Below, one piece after another: positions 8,855-17,422 of a DNA stretch of 42,689 nucleotides. Position 1 is the stretch's first letter. Each line of letters begins with the position of its first letter. The stretch is taken from the NCBI GenBank assembly GCA_036490855.1, contig DASXDC010000050.1:1-42689 (forward strand), given 5' to 3'. The notes under the pieces are model-generated. The model was not told where the DNA came from and did no database searches. It saw nothing but the letters and a program-made list of their open reading frames with translations. The DNA comes from Chthoniobacterales bacterium (GTDB taxonomy: Bacteria; Verrucomicrobiota; Verrucomicrobiia; Chthoniobacterales; UBA10450). The translations under genes were made by a program, and so were the position numbers.

Positions 8855-9781
8855 TCAATAAACAATCTCCCATTCGCCATCCGGCTTCTTCACCGCCACC
8901 ATCTTCGGCGGGTAGATCATCGAAAGCACCATCCCAGCACACATCTGCATGTCTTCGTCCTTCACGCCAGCAAAGGTTTTCTCGTCGAAACCAAAGAGTG
9001 TTCCATTCTTCTTTGTCACGACGACCTCGGGTCCGTTGGTCATTCCGAAATTCAATTCACCCGCTTCTGGCGCATTGACGCGCACGCCCGCCTTGTAGAC
9101 CGCCTCGAGGCACTGCGCCCTGCGCACATCCTCCACCTTGAGCGATTCATTGTCGTCGATCGCCTTGTAGAGCGGCGCGAAATCCGGCTGGAACCATGCC
9201 GCGCGCGTCTGCAGCAATCGCGCGATCTTTTGCTTGTCGTCCTCGGTGAGAGAAGTGACGGCCGGATAATGATGCCACGGCAGGTCGGGCGCGAAATCGG
9301 CCTGGAAGGCACGCTCGAAAACCACCTTCCCTTTCACCGCTTTGCGATCGTCGACACCTTCGTTCGCCTCATTGGTCGAATGGACGCTGCCTGGTTCCTC
9401 TTCCGTCCTGGCCGCGTCCGTCACCGCAGCCCAACGCAATTGTGCGCGATAGGATTTCTCCGCGTCGTTAGGCGTAAATTCGATCCGGATTTTGTTCGTC
9501 CCTTTCCGCACCATCGGACCGACCGAGTTCATCGGCAGCCAGAGAGCAGGTGCAATTTCGTGAGTGTCGAAGAGGACCGGCACTTCCTCCTGCCGCACTT
9601 CCTGCTCCACCGATGGCACATCATTGATGAAAACCGCCGCCTTCCCTGGAAGCGTCGTGACTTTTTCGTCCTTCGCCGGGTCGCCCACGAAAGGTGTAAA
9701 CTTGAATTCCACATTGATGACCGCGGCATCGGCGAGCGGCAACACGAGCAGGAAAAGCAGAGTTCCGGCAAACTTTCGCAT
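8855..9781 (-). CDS. secreted hypothetical protein
   Basis: 308 aa. Signal peptide MRKFAGTLLFLLVLPLADAAV. No family recognised. Confidence 0.75.
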   Translation of the reverse strand: MRKFAGTLLFLLVLPLADAAVINVEFKFTPFVGDPAKDEKVTTLPGKAAVFINDVPSVEQEVRQEEVPVLFDTHEIAPALWLPMNSVGPMVRKGTNKIRIEFTPNDAEKSYRAQLRWAAVTDAARTEEEPGSVHSTNEANEGVDDRKAVKGKVVFERAFQADFAPDLPWHHYPAVTSLTEDDKQKIARLLQTRAAWFQPDFAPLYKAIDDNESLKVEDVRRAQCLEAVYKAGVRVNAPEAGELNFGMTNGPEVVVTKKNGTLFGFDEKTFAGVKDEDMQMCAGMVLSMIYPPKMVAVKKPDGEWEIVY

Positions 9782-9841
9782 CCGCTCGCTCTACCGAAAA
9801 CGGCCCGCGATGGCGAGGCGAAAGACATAACGTCGTCGAAC

Positions 9842-10404
9842 CTAACGATCAGTCGATCTGCCACGGCGCCGGTCGTCGTAGGGAATGTCATGGTCTAACG
9901 GATTTCTTGCCCGCCGCCCTAAAATCGCATCCATTCTCCGGGAGCCGACGTATCGCAGCTCGTCGGTTGCTTCGCGCTGATCCTCGGAGAGCTTTTGCAA
10001 CGCCGCCTGTAAAGTCGCCTTGCGCTCCCGGGCCGCGACGACGAGAAGCGAATCGCGATCATCAAACTGCTCCGCGCTTTGCACTTCGCGTTTCACGTCT
10101 TCGTGCATTTCCCCGCGTCATTGGGTGGAACGGATGAGATCGATCGCGCGACAACGCGTCAGAGTTACCGCCCACGTCAGAGGCTTGCCCCGCTTCGGAT
10201 CGTAGCTCGGCGCTTCGCCCAAATCTGGACGAACACCTCCTGAAGCACGTCTTCCGCGGCCTGTTCGTTGCGCAGAAGTCGCTAGGCAATGGAATAGGGA
10301 ATCCGCGCAAAGCGATCGTAGAAATCCGCGAAACTAGCCCGATCACCGCGGCCGATCCGCCGCAGAAGCTCGACCTCCGCCGATTAGTCGGCTGAAAAAT
10401 CCAT
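9842..10404 (-). pseudogene. decayed ECF (sigma-70 family) sigma factor gene
   Basis: The reverse strand reads MDFSAD*SAEVELLRRIGRGDRASFADFYDRFARIPYSIA*RLLRNEQAAEDVLQEVFVQIW, then a 1-nt frameshift, then APSYDPKRGKPLTWAVTLTRCRAIDLIRSTQ*RGEMHEDV...LQAALQKLSEDQREA. Regions 2 and 4 are recognisable but interrupted by in-frame TAA (10384-10386), TAG (10282-10284), a TGA and at least one frameshift. Confidence 0.8.
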
Positions 10405-10486
10405 CGCAACCACCTGCGAGCTTGGCAGGCCTCTTCAGCCTCGCAACCTCCCGTCGCGAGAGAAAAGCTCGCCGGGCGACAGCCGC

Positions 10487-10864
10487 CTAACCGATCGCCA
10501 CTTTGTAAGCAGCGGCGTCCTTCAGTCCTTCCAGAGCCGACGAGTCCTCGATTTTCAAAACGAAAATCCAGCCCTCTCCATAGGGGTCAGTGTTGATCAG
10601 AGCGGGATTCGATTCCAGTTCGCGGTTCGCTTCCACGACCGTGCCTTTCGCGGGCGCGTAAACGTCGCTCGCGGCCTTGACGGATTCGACGACCGCGATC
10701 GTCCCGCGGGCTTCGTAGCTCGCGCCGACTTTCGGCAACTCGACGTAAACTACATCGGTCAACTCGGCCTGCGCATGATCGGTAATGCCGACGCGGATCG
10801 TGTCACCATCGCGACGGATCCATTCGTGGCTTTCAGTGTAGAGAAGGTCTTCTGGAACGTTCAT
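10487..10864 (-). CDS. gcvH: glycine cleavage system H protein
   Basis: ESHEWIR..GITDHAQAELTDVVYVELP...VESVKAASDVYAP (lipoyl-lysine motif ESVK). Confidence 0.95.
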   Translation of the reverse strand: MNVPEDLLYTESHEWIRRDGDTIRVGITDHAQAELTDVVYVELPKVGASYEARGTIAVVESVKAASDVYAPAKGTVVEANRELESNPALINTDPYGEGWIFVLKIEDSSALEGLKDAAAYKVAIG

Positions 10865-11961
10865 GATTTTTTGTAGAGCGGTTTTCTTTCGATCACTGCC
10901 GGAAATCTCTGGCCGCGGATTTCGATCTCGATCTCTTCGCCCGGCTTCGGGACCGGTGTCGGCAGATAGGCCATCCCAATCCCGTAGTTCAAGCTGGGCG
11001 AGAGCGTGCCACTCGTTAGTTCACCCGCTTCCCGGCCGTCGCGGAAGACTTTATAATGCGGCCGCGGCGGCGGACTTTTCCCCTTCATCTTGAAAGGGAC
11101 CAGCCGGCGGGAAAGCCCGGCTTCCTTTTCGCGCAGCAGCTTCTCGCGGCCGCTGAAATGTGGCTTCGTTAGGTCGACGAAAAACCCGAGACCGGCTTCG
11201 AGCGGGTCATGCCCGGGTGAAAGATCGGAGCCATTGAGCGGATAGCACATCTCGAGGCGGAGAGTGTCACGCGCACCGAGTCCGCACGGCCGGATCCCCA
11301 AGGAACTTCCTTTCTCCAAAATCTCATTCCAGATTTTCGCGGCGTCGTTAGGCGAAAAGAAAACTTCGATCCCGTCTTCGCCCGTATAACCGGTCCGCGC
11401 GACCCAGATTCTCATCCCGCGCAAATCGAAAAGCGCGATTTGATTTCGCGCCGGCATCTCCTTTTCCGCACCGAAGAAATTGCGAAAAAGTTCGCCGATG
11501 CGCGGGCCTTGAATGGCCAGACCGGCGAATTGTTTGCTCGCGTTTTCGAGCCGCACATCGTCGCCAAGATGCGATTGCAGCCAGGCAAAATCCTCCTCGA
11601 TCCGCGACGCATTCACCACGAGCAAAAATTTGTCGCGCTCGATCCGGTATGCGATCAGATCGTCGATAATTCCGGCCTCGTCGTTGAGCAGGAAAGTGTA
11701 TTGCCCGGCGCCAACTTCGAGTTTCGCCACATTGTTCGTCAGCATCGTATCGAGCCATTCGCGCGCCCGGGAACCGGAGGCGACGAGCTCGCCCATGTGC
11801 GAAATGTCGAAGACGCCGACATCGTTGCGCACCGCCTGATGTTCCTCGCGGATGCTGCGGTATTGCACCGGCATGAGCCATCCGCCGAAGGGGATGAGCT
11901 TCGCGCCCAGCTTCACGTGTTCGTCGTAAAGCGGGGTGCGTTTTTCTGCGGTGTCGCTCAT
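10861..11961 (-). CDS. gcvT: glycine cleavage system T protein (aminomethyltransferase)
   Basis: Conserved start MSDTAEKRTPLYDEHVKLGAKLIPFGGWLMPVQY at 11961 gives 366 aa. The 691-aa track ORF is an artefactual upstream extension. ATGA overlap with gcvH. Confidence 0.93.
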   Translation of the reverse strand: MSDTAEKRTPLYDEHVKLGAKLIPFGGWLMPVQYRSIREEHQAVRNDVGVFDISHMGELVASGSRAREWLDTMLTNNVAKLEVGAGQYTFLLNDEAGIIDDLIAYRIERDKFLLVVNASRIEEDFAWLQSHLGDDVRLENASKQFAGLAIQGPRIGELFRNFFGAEKEMPARNQIALFDLRGMRIWVARTGYTGEDGIEVFFSPNDAAKIWNEILEKGSSLGIRPCGLGARDTLRLEMCYPLNGSDLSPGHDPLEAGLGFFVDLTKPHFSGREKLLREKEAGLSRRLVPFKMKGKSPPPRPHYKVFRDGREAGELTSGTLSPSLNYGIGMAYLPTPVPKPGEEIEIEIRGQRFPAVIERKPLYKKS

Positions 11962-12060
11962 CGCGGCCAGCCTAGGTGTTGCGTCCCGGGTGTCAATCGG
12001 CCGCCGTGCGCAGGCCGCTTTGTTGAACTGCCAGCGGCCCGCCTTTACGGTGATTTCGCC

Positions 12061-12843
12061 ATGAGTTTGCTCGATGCACTCGAACGACGCCTCGGCCGCT
12101 TCGCGATTCCCGGTCTGATCCGCATCGTCGCCGGCTTTAACGCGCTCGTCTTTATCCTCGCGCTGATGAATCCACAGTTCGTCGATATGCTCGACCTGGA
12201 TCGCGCGGCCATTCTTCACGGACAAATCTGGCGACTCGTGACCTACATTTTCATCCCGGGCACGAACAGCCTGCTTTGGATCGTCTTCGTCCTCCTCTTT
12301 CTCTGGTTCATCGGCGAAGGATTGGAGCGTGCCTGGGGCGCCTTTCGGCTCAACCTCTTCTATTTCGTCGGGATGATTGGCACGACCATTGCCGCCTTTT
12401 TCTTCGGCAGTAACTTCTCCAATACGATGCTGAACGCGTCGCTCTTCTTCGCCTTCGCCCGCTTCTACCCCGAGGAGGTGATCTACGTTTTCTTTGTTCT
12501 GCCGGTGAAAGTAAAATGGCTCGCCTGGATTTCGGCCGCCTTTCTCCTCGTTGAATTCGCTTCCAAGCCAATGTCCTACCGGATGGCGATGATCGCGGCA
12601 TTGATGAATTACCTCATCTTTTTCGGCCCGGAAATCATCCGGGCCGCGCGAAGCCGACAGCAGAATTCGACTCGCCGTCGCCGCTTCGAGGAGAACGCAC
12701 GGCCGGAGGAGGAAGCGCTTCATCATTGCGCAATCTGCGGCGCGACCGAGCTGACAAATCAAACTCTCGAGTTTCGCGTCTCGCGCGACGGCGAAGAATA
12801 CTGCCTCCCCCATCTTCCGAGCGCGACGAAGGTCGAAGCCTAA
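12061..12843 (+). CDS. rhomboid-like polytopic membrane protein with C-terminal Cys/His cluster
   Basis: ATG at 12061 (MSLLDALERRL...). QIWRLVTYIFIPG resembles the rhomboid WR..T..F.H region, but I cannot find a GxSG serine motif. The C-terminus reads HHCAICG...EEYCLPH. The upstream part of the track ORF is antisense to gcvT. Confidence 0.7.
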   Translation: MSLLDALERRLGRFAIPGLIRIVAGFNALVFILALMNPQFVDMLDLDRAAILHGQIWRLVTYIFIPGTNSLLWIVFVLLFLWFIGEGLERAWGAFRLNLFYFVGMIGTTIAAFFFGSNFSNTMLNASLFFAFARFYPEEVIYVFFVLPVKVKWLAWISAAFLLVEFASKPMSYRMAMIAALMNYLIFFGPEIIRAARSRQQNSTRRRRFEENARPEEEALHHCAICGATELTNQTLEFRVSRDGEEYCLPHLPSATKVEA

Positions 12844-12910
12844 CGAATCGCGATATTTCCCCCCGGAGCGCTCGCTTGACCCCATCGCTACGCACGGGGA
12901 AACTGCGTCC

Positions 12911-13732
12911 ATGGATCCGACGCCCGCACCGCTCATCCCGCAGGATGGCTGGCATTGCCTGCATCTTTTCTATCGGATCGAATATGGCCAATGGCAGTTG
13001 CTCAATCCGGCCGAGCAGCGAGCGGCGAAGGTCGCTCTCTCCACCCTGGTGCAGGAAACGCGTGCGCTCGAATCCACTCAGCTTCTTACCCTCAGTCAGG
13101 TCACACCCAAAGCCGATCTCGGGTTCATGCTCGTGACGCCGGACTTGCAAAGCGCGAACCGAGTCGAAAAGCAGCTCACCCTGTCGTTAGGCGCGGATGT
13201 TCTCGTCCCGGTCTACAGCTACCTTTCCCTCACCGAAGAAAGCGAATACACCACGACGGACGAGCAGTATGCCGCGACTCTCGAGACCGAACAAAAGCTG
13301 AAACGCGAAACGGCAGAGTTTGAAAAGGCGATGGAGGAATTTCGGGAGCGGATGAAAAAATACCGGCACGAACGCGTCTACCCGGCGCTGCCCGACTGGC
13401 CGGTCGTTTGTTTCTATAACATGACGAAACGCCGCGGCGAGCAACGCAACTGGTATTCGCTCCCTTATGAAGAGCGGCGCACGCTGATGGGCGGCCACGC
13501 GCGCGTCGGACGACAATATGCCGGGAAAGTGAAGCAGCTCATTACCGGTTCGAGCGGGCTCGATGATGCGGAGTGGGGCGTGACCCTTTTCGCGCACGAC
13601 ACCTTCCAAATCAAGGCGATCGTTTACCAGATGCGCTTCGACGAAGTCAGCGCGGCCTATGCTGATTTCGGCGAATTTTACATTGGCATTCAACTCCCGC
13701 TCGACGAACTGTTCCGCCGCCTGCAGCTCTAA
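12911..13732 (+). CDS. chlorite dismutase family protein (HemQ/ChdC-like heme-binding)
   Basis: 273 aa. DGWHCLHLFYRI...VCFYNMTKRRGEQRNWYSLPYEERRTLMGGHARVGRQY...GLDDAEWGVTLFA is typical of the Cld/HemQ family. Confidence 0.85.
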   Translation: MDPTPAPLIPQDGWHCLHLFYRIEYGQWQLLNPAEQRAAKVALSTLVQETRALESTQLLTLSQVTPKADLGFMLVTPDLQSANRVEKQLTLSLGADVLVPVYSYLSLTEESEYTTTDEQYAATLETEQKLKRETAEFEKAMEEFRERMKKYRHERVYPALPDWPVVCFYNMTKRRGEQRNWYSLPYEERRTLMGGHARVGRQYAGKVKQLITGSSGLDDAEWGVTLFAHDTFQIKAIVYQMRFDEVSAAYADFGEFYIGIQLPLDELFRRLQL

Positions 13733-13740
13733 GTTTGCCG

Positions 13741-13755
13741 GCCTAACGCCTAACG
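13741..13755 (+). repeat. two overlapping copies of the dispersed motif (GCCTAACGCCTAACG) abutting the tRNA 5' end
   Basis: Read directly from the sequence. The final G is also the first base of the tRNA acceptor stem. Confidence 0.9.
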
Positions 13756-13839
13756 GATGGGTGGCAGAGTGGTCTAATGCGCACGCCTGGAAAGCGTGTT
13801 TGCCGCAAGGCAACCAGGGTTCGAATCCCTGCCCATCCG
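13755..13839 (+). tRNA. tRNA-Ser (anticodon GGA), type II with long variable arm; CCA not encoded
   Basis: Acceptor GGATGGG/CCCATCC; D stem GCA/TGC; anticodon stem CACGC/GCGTG with loop CTGGAAA; variable arm TTGCC-GCAA-GGCAA; T arm CAGGG-TTCGAAT-CCCTG; discriminator G. Confidence 0.92.
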
Positions 13840-13846
13840 CCGGCCG

Positions 13847-14536
13847 CTAGGAATCCTTAGGCTGGCGCCGGCTCAATACTTGCGTCGTCTGCCGCAGTTT
13901 TACAACGCTGTTTCCCGGTAGCACGCCGCGGAAATTTGTCCCCGGATAAATGACGCAGTCGCGGCCGAGGACCGAGCCGGGATTGAGGACCGAATTGCAA
14001 CCAATCTCGGTCCGGTCACCGATGATCGCGCCGAATTTGCGCAGTCCGGTCGCGATCATCCCGTCGGTCGCGAGGACGGAAATCTCGGCATGATCCAGTT
14101 TCACGTTTGAGAGGATGACGCCAGCGCCGAGGTGCGTCCTGTAGCCGAGGATGGAATCGCCGACGTAGCTGAAGTGCGGGATCTGCGCGTCATCAAAGAT
14201 GATGCAGTTCTTAAATTCGCAGGAGTTGCCCATCACGACGCCGTTGCCGACGATGACGTTTTCGCGCACATAACAACCCGCGCGCAGGTGGCAATTCTCC
14301 CCAATCCAGGCCGGACCTTTTATCATCGCGCCCTGCTCCACGATTGTGCCACGGCCGATGAAAACGACGTCGCTGATGTAGGGTTTGCCGAGCAATTCTC
14401 CGAGCACTGCCGGTTGGAGCCGGAACTGCAGGTAGCTCGGGATCTGCTTGAGTGCGTCCCAGACGTATTTATCCGCCTCGAAGAGTTTCGAATGCGCGGT
14501 GTGCTCGAGCTCAAAGAATTCAGCGGCGTGGAACAT
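13847..14536 (-). CDS. left-handed beta-helix (hexapeptide-repeat) transferase, GlmU C-terminal-like
   Basis: 229 aa with repeated [LIV]G-x4 hexapeptides (IGENCHLRAGCYVRENVIVGNGVVMGNSCEFKNCII...HLGAGVILSNV). Confidence 0.8.
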   Translation of the reverse strand: MFHAAEFFELEHTAHSKLFEADKYVWDALKQIPSYLQFRLQPAVLGELLGKPYISDVVFIGRGTIVEQGAMIKGPAWIGENCHLRAGCYVRENVIVGNGVVMGNSCEFKNCIIFDDAQIPHFSYVGDSILGYRTHLGAGVILSNVKLDHAEISVLATDGMIATGLRKFGAIIGDRTEIGCNSVLNPGSVLGRDCVIYPGTNFRGVLPGNSVVKLRQTTQVLSRRQPKDS

Positions 14537-14538
14537 GT

Positions 14539-14571
14539 CGTTAGGCGCAATCTGCCGTCTTTTCGTTAGGC
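14539..14571 (+). repeat. two direct copies of CGTTAGGC 25 bp apart, bracketing the spacer between the LbH gene start and the cysS stop
   Basis: Read directly: copies at 14539-14546 and 14564-14571. The second copy contains the cysS TAA stop on the minus strand. Confidence 0.9.
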
Positions 14572-15963
14572 TCCGGCCGCGTGGGTCAGGACCTGCCCTT
14601 CCTTCGTGTCCCGCACCGACCAGCCGCCAGCCTGGATGGTCTCGCGCAATTCATCACTTTTTTGCCAGTTCCTGGCAAGCCGTGCCTGCACTCGCTCTTC
14701 CGCCAGTGCCCTGATTTCAGCCGGCGGTTTTTCTTCTTCCGTCTCGAAAGCGAGAACGCGATTGATCCGCTCCCACCAGTTTAGCCAGACGCGCGCCCGG
14801 CCAGCCGCGAGACCAGCATCGAGCTCGCGATTGCTTTCGCGGATCTGCTCGAAGAGATGACCGAGCGCCGCCGAGATGTTGAGATCGTCGTCCAGTGCCT
14901 CGGCAAATTTATCGTCGGCAACTTTTCCGCCAGTCGTCCCGGCCCTCTCCGCCTCCCGCAGCCGGCGCAGCCATTCGTCGATCCGGGTCAGTGCCTGGCG
15001 CGCTTCCTCCATTCCCTCCCAGGTAAAGTTTAGCGGTGCCCGGTAATGCACTCGAATGAGCGCGTAACGGACTTCACGCCCGGTGTAGCCCTTCGCCAGC
15101 ACGTCGCGCAAAGTATAAAAGTTGCCTAACGACTTCGACATCTTCTGTCCATCAACGAGGAGATGAGCACAGTGCAGCCAGTAACGGACGAATCTCTTCC
15201 CGCTGCAGCCTTCCGCTTGCGCGATCTCCGCTTCGTGGTGCGGGAAGATGTTGTCGACCCCGCCGCAATGAATGTCGAGCTGTTCGCCTAACAATGCCGT
15301 CGCCATTGTACTGCATTCGATGTGCCAACCCGGCCGGCCCCGGCCCCAGGGGCTTTCCCACCAGACATCGCCGTCCGCCTCGTCCCACGCCTTCCAGAGC
15401 GCGAAATCCCCGACGTGCTCCTTGTCGTACTCGTCGCTCTTCACCCGGCCGGTGGAGCGCAATTCCGCCAGATCGAAATGGGCGAGGTGTCCGTAGTTTG
15501 GAAAACGGTGAATCCGATAATAGACGGATTTGTCCTCCGCCTGATAGGCAAGGTCGCGCTTCATCAATTCTGCGATCATCGCGATCATCGCCGCGATATA
15601 ACGCTTCTCCGTTGCGGCCGGGAAGGCATTCGCCGGCTTGATCTGGAGCGTCGCGAGATCTTGGAAAAAGGCTTCTTTGAACGGCGCGGTGAATTCGCCT
15701 AACGGAAGATGCGCCGCCCGGCTCCCGCGGATTGTTTTGTCGTCCACGTCGGTGAGGTTCATCACCCGCTCGACGGTGAAGCCACGCCCCTCGAGCTGGC
15801 GTTGCAGCAGGTCTTCGAAAATGTAGGCGCGGAAATTTCCGATGTGCGCGTGGCTGTAAACGGTGGGCCCGCAAGTGTACATCTTCACCCGCCGGCCCGC
15901 CGGATCGAGAGGGCGGAACTCCTCAATCTCTCGCGAGTAGGTATTGAAAAAACGCAGAGCCAT
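14566..15963 (-). CDS. cysS: cysteine--tRNA ligase
   Basis: Class I signatures HIGN (SHAHIGNFR) and KMSKS (GQKMSKSLGNFY). 465 aa. Confidence 0.96.
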   Translation of the reverse strand: MALRFFNTYSREIEEFRPLDPAGRRVKMYTCGPTVYSHAHIGNFRAYIFEDLLQRQLEGRGFTVERVMNLTDVDDKTIRGSRAAHLPLGEFTAPFKEAFFQDLATLQIKPANAFPAATEKRYIAAMIAMIAELMKRDLAYQAEDKSVYYRIHRFPNYGHLAHFDLAELRSTGRVKSDEYDKEHVGDFALWKAWDEADGDVWWESPWGRGRPGWHIECSTMATALLGEQLDIHCGGVDNIFPHHEAEIAQAEGCSGKRFVRYWLHCAHLLVDGQKMSKSLGNFYTLRDVLAKGYTGREVRYALIRVHYRAPLNFTWEGMEEARQALTRIDEWLRRLREAERAGTTGGKVADDKFAEALDDDLNISAALGHLFEQIRESNRELDAGLAAGRARVWLNWWERINRVLAFETEEEKPPAEIRALAEERVQARLARNWQKSDELRETIQAGGWSVRDTKEGQVLTHAAGA

Positions 15964-16048
15964 CAGGGTGCGGAGGAGTGCGGGAGCATCGGAATGACGG
16001 AGTGATCAATCTGCATTGCCGGCCACCCTACTCCATTGCTCCAGCCCA

Positions 16049-16525
16049 TCACTCCATCTCTACGCTCGCCACCGCCATCGCCGCCATGCCTTCACCGCGA
16101 CCGATCGCACCCATTCCTTCATTCGTCGTCGCCTTGATTCCCACCTGCGAGAGCTCCATCCCGAGGGCCGCGGAAATCTTCTCGCGCATCGCCTCGAGAT
16201 GCGGGCCGATCCTCGGTGCTTCTGCGATCAGGGTCGCGTCCAGATTGGCCACCTTGCATTTTTTCTCCGCGAGGATTTCGCCAACCCGCCGCAAAATCTC
16301 GAGACTGCTGATGCCTCGAATCGATTCGTCGCTGTTTGGAAAATGATGGCCGATGTCGCGCTGGCCAATCGCGCCTAACAATGCGTCGGCGATCGCGTGC
16401 GAGAGGACGTCGGCGTCGGAATGCCCTTCCAGGCCTCGTGGATGTGGAATTTCCACCCCTCCGAGAATGAGCCTACGGCCCTCGGCAAAACGATGCGCGT
16501 CGTAACCAATCCCGGAGCGAAACAT
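16049..16525 (-). CDS. ispF: 2-C-methyl-D-erythritol 2,4-cyclodiphosphate synthase
   Basis: GIGYDAHRF...GHSDADVLSHAI... Confidence 0.95.
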   Translation of the reverse strand: MFRSGIGYDAHRFAEGRRLILGGVEIPHPRGLEGHSDADVLSHAIADALLGAIGQRDIGHHFPNSDESIRGISSLEILRRVGEILAEKKCKVANLDATLIAEAPRIGPHLEAMREKISAALGMELSQVGIKATTNEGMGAIGRGEGMAAMAVASVEME

Positions 16526-16534
16526 TTCGTTAGG

Positions 16535-17278
16535 CTATTTCAGTTCGAGCAGCCCGTTGGAAGCAACGATGCTGAATTTATCCGGCTGATCGCTCCGCGG
16601 CTTCATCTCCACCCGCCCCCCGGCCGACTCCACCAGCAAGCAGCCGGCGGCGATGTCCCAGAGGCTGATTCCCTGTTCGATATAAGCGTCGAGCCGGCCG
16701 CACGCGACGTACGCCATGTCGAGCGCGGCGCTGCCTAACATTCGACATTTGCGCACCCGATGCACCATCTCCTGCAGAAGCGGCAATCCGGCATCAATCG
16801 TCGCGCTCGTTTTGGCGAGGCCGATCGACACCACCGCCTCCGTCAGAGTCCGTCGAGGACTGACGCGAAATGCTTTCCCGTTCAACAACGGCAGCTTTCC
16901 TTTCTCGGCCGTCCAGAGCTCATTTCGCATCGGATCGTAAATCACGCCGACGATCACTTCGCCGCGAAAGCGAAGCGCAATCGAAACGCAAAAGTGCGGG
17001 ATGCCGTAGAAAAAATTAACCGTTCCATCCAGCGGATCGACGACCCATTGATGTTCGCTTGATTGATCACCAACAATTCCCTCTTCGCCGTAAAGCGCGT
17101 GCTCCGGGAAACGGTTGAGGAGAATTTTCGTGATCAAGTCCTGCGTCAAAACATCAACCTCGAGCTTGATGTCATGCGCGGTCGCGGCGTTGACGGTGAG
17201 CGGTTTCGCGAAGTGCGCGCGGAGCAGGTCACCGGCGGCGAGGGCCGCTTCGGTCGCGACTTCGAGAGAGGAGATCAC
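16535..17278 (-). CDS. inositol monophosphatase family protein (SuhB-like)
   Basis: WVVDPLDGTVNF and the ...GSAALDMAYVACG motifs of the IMPase family. Confidence 0.9.
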   Translation of the reverse strand: MISSLEVATEAALAAGDLLRAHFAKPLTVNAATAHDIKLEVDVLTQDLITKILLNRFPEHALYGEEGIVGDQSSEHQWVVDPLDGTVNFFYGIPHFCVSIALRFRGEVIVGVIYDPMRNELWTAEKGKLPLLNGKAFRVSPRRTLTEAVVSIGLAKTSATIDAGLPLLQEMVHRVRKCRMLGSAALDMAYVACGRLDAYIEQGISLWDIAAGCLLVESAGGRVEMKPRSDQPDKFSIVASNGLLELK

Positions 17279-17328
17279 GCTTTGAACCTAACTGATTCTG
17301 CGTGGCGGCCGCGAAATTTTTCTGGCAG

Positions 17329-17366
17329 AAAAAAACCGGGAGGAGAAACTGAATTCCCCTCCCGGG
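17329..17366 (-). terminator. rho-independent terminator downstream of the 30-aa Lys-rich gene
   Basis: The minus strand reads CCGGGAGG-GGAATTCAGTTTCT-CCTCCCGG followed by TTTTTTT. Confidence 0.75.
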
Positions 17367-17422
17367 TTAAGTTAACATGAGGAAGAACGGCTACTGCACC
17401 GCCCTTCTGTGGAGACCCAGCG

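Noticed and set aside
8828-9898. 356-aa + strand ORF
   Set aside because: It is antisense to the signal-peptide-bearing 308-aa gene (8855-9781), and its translation is His/Arg-rich with no motifs.
9842-10404. In-frame TAA/TAG/TGA in the ECF gene as stop-codon recoding or an alternative genetic code
   Set aside because: All three codons terminate the other approximately 47 genes at sensible positions, and a frameshift is also present. Pseudogenisation is the simpler reading.
11440-12060. Upstream 207-aa extension of the rhomboid-like ORF
   Set aside because: It is antisense to gcvT. The hydrophobic membrane protein clearly begins at the ATG at 12061.
11962-12060. Possible glycine riboswitch upstream of gcvT
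   Set aside because: Only 99 bp are available, and I cannot find the conserved GGAGAG...CACCG...GGGCAA-type aptamer elements.
11962-12936. N-terminal 325-aa extension of the gcvT ORF (track ORF 10861-12936)
   Set aside because: The conserved GcvT N-terminus begins at the ATG at 11961. The extension is antisense to the rhomboid-like gene and has no coding-like features.
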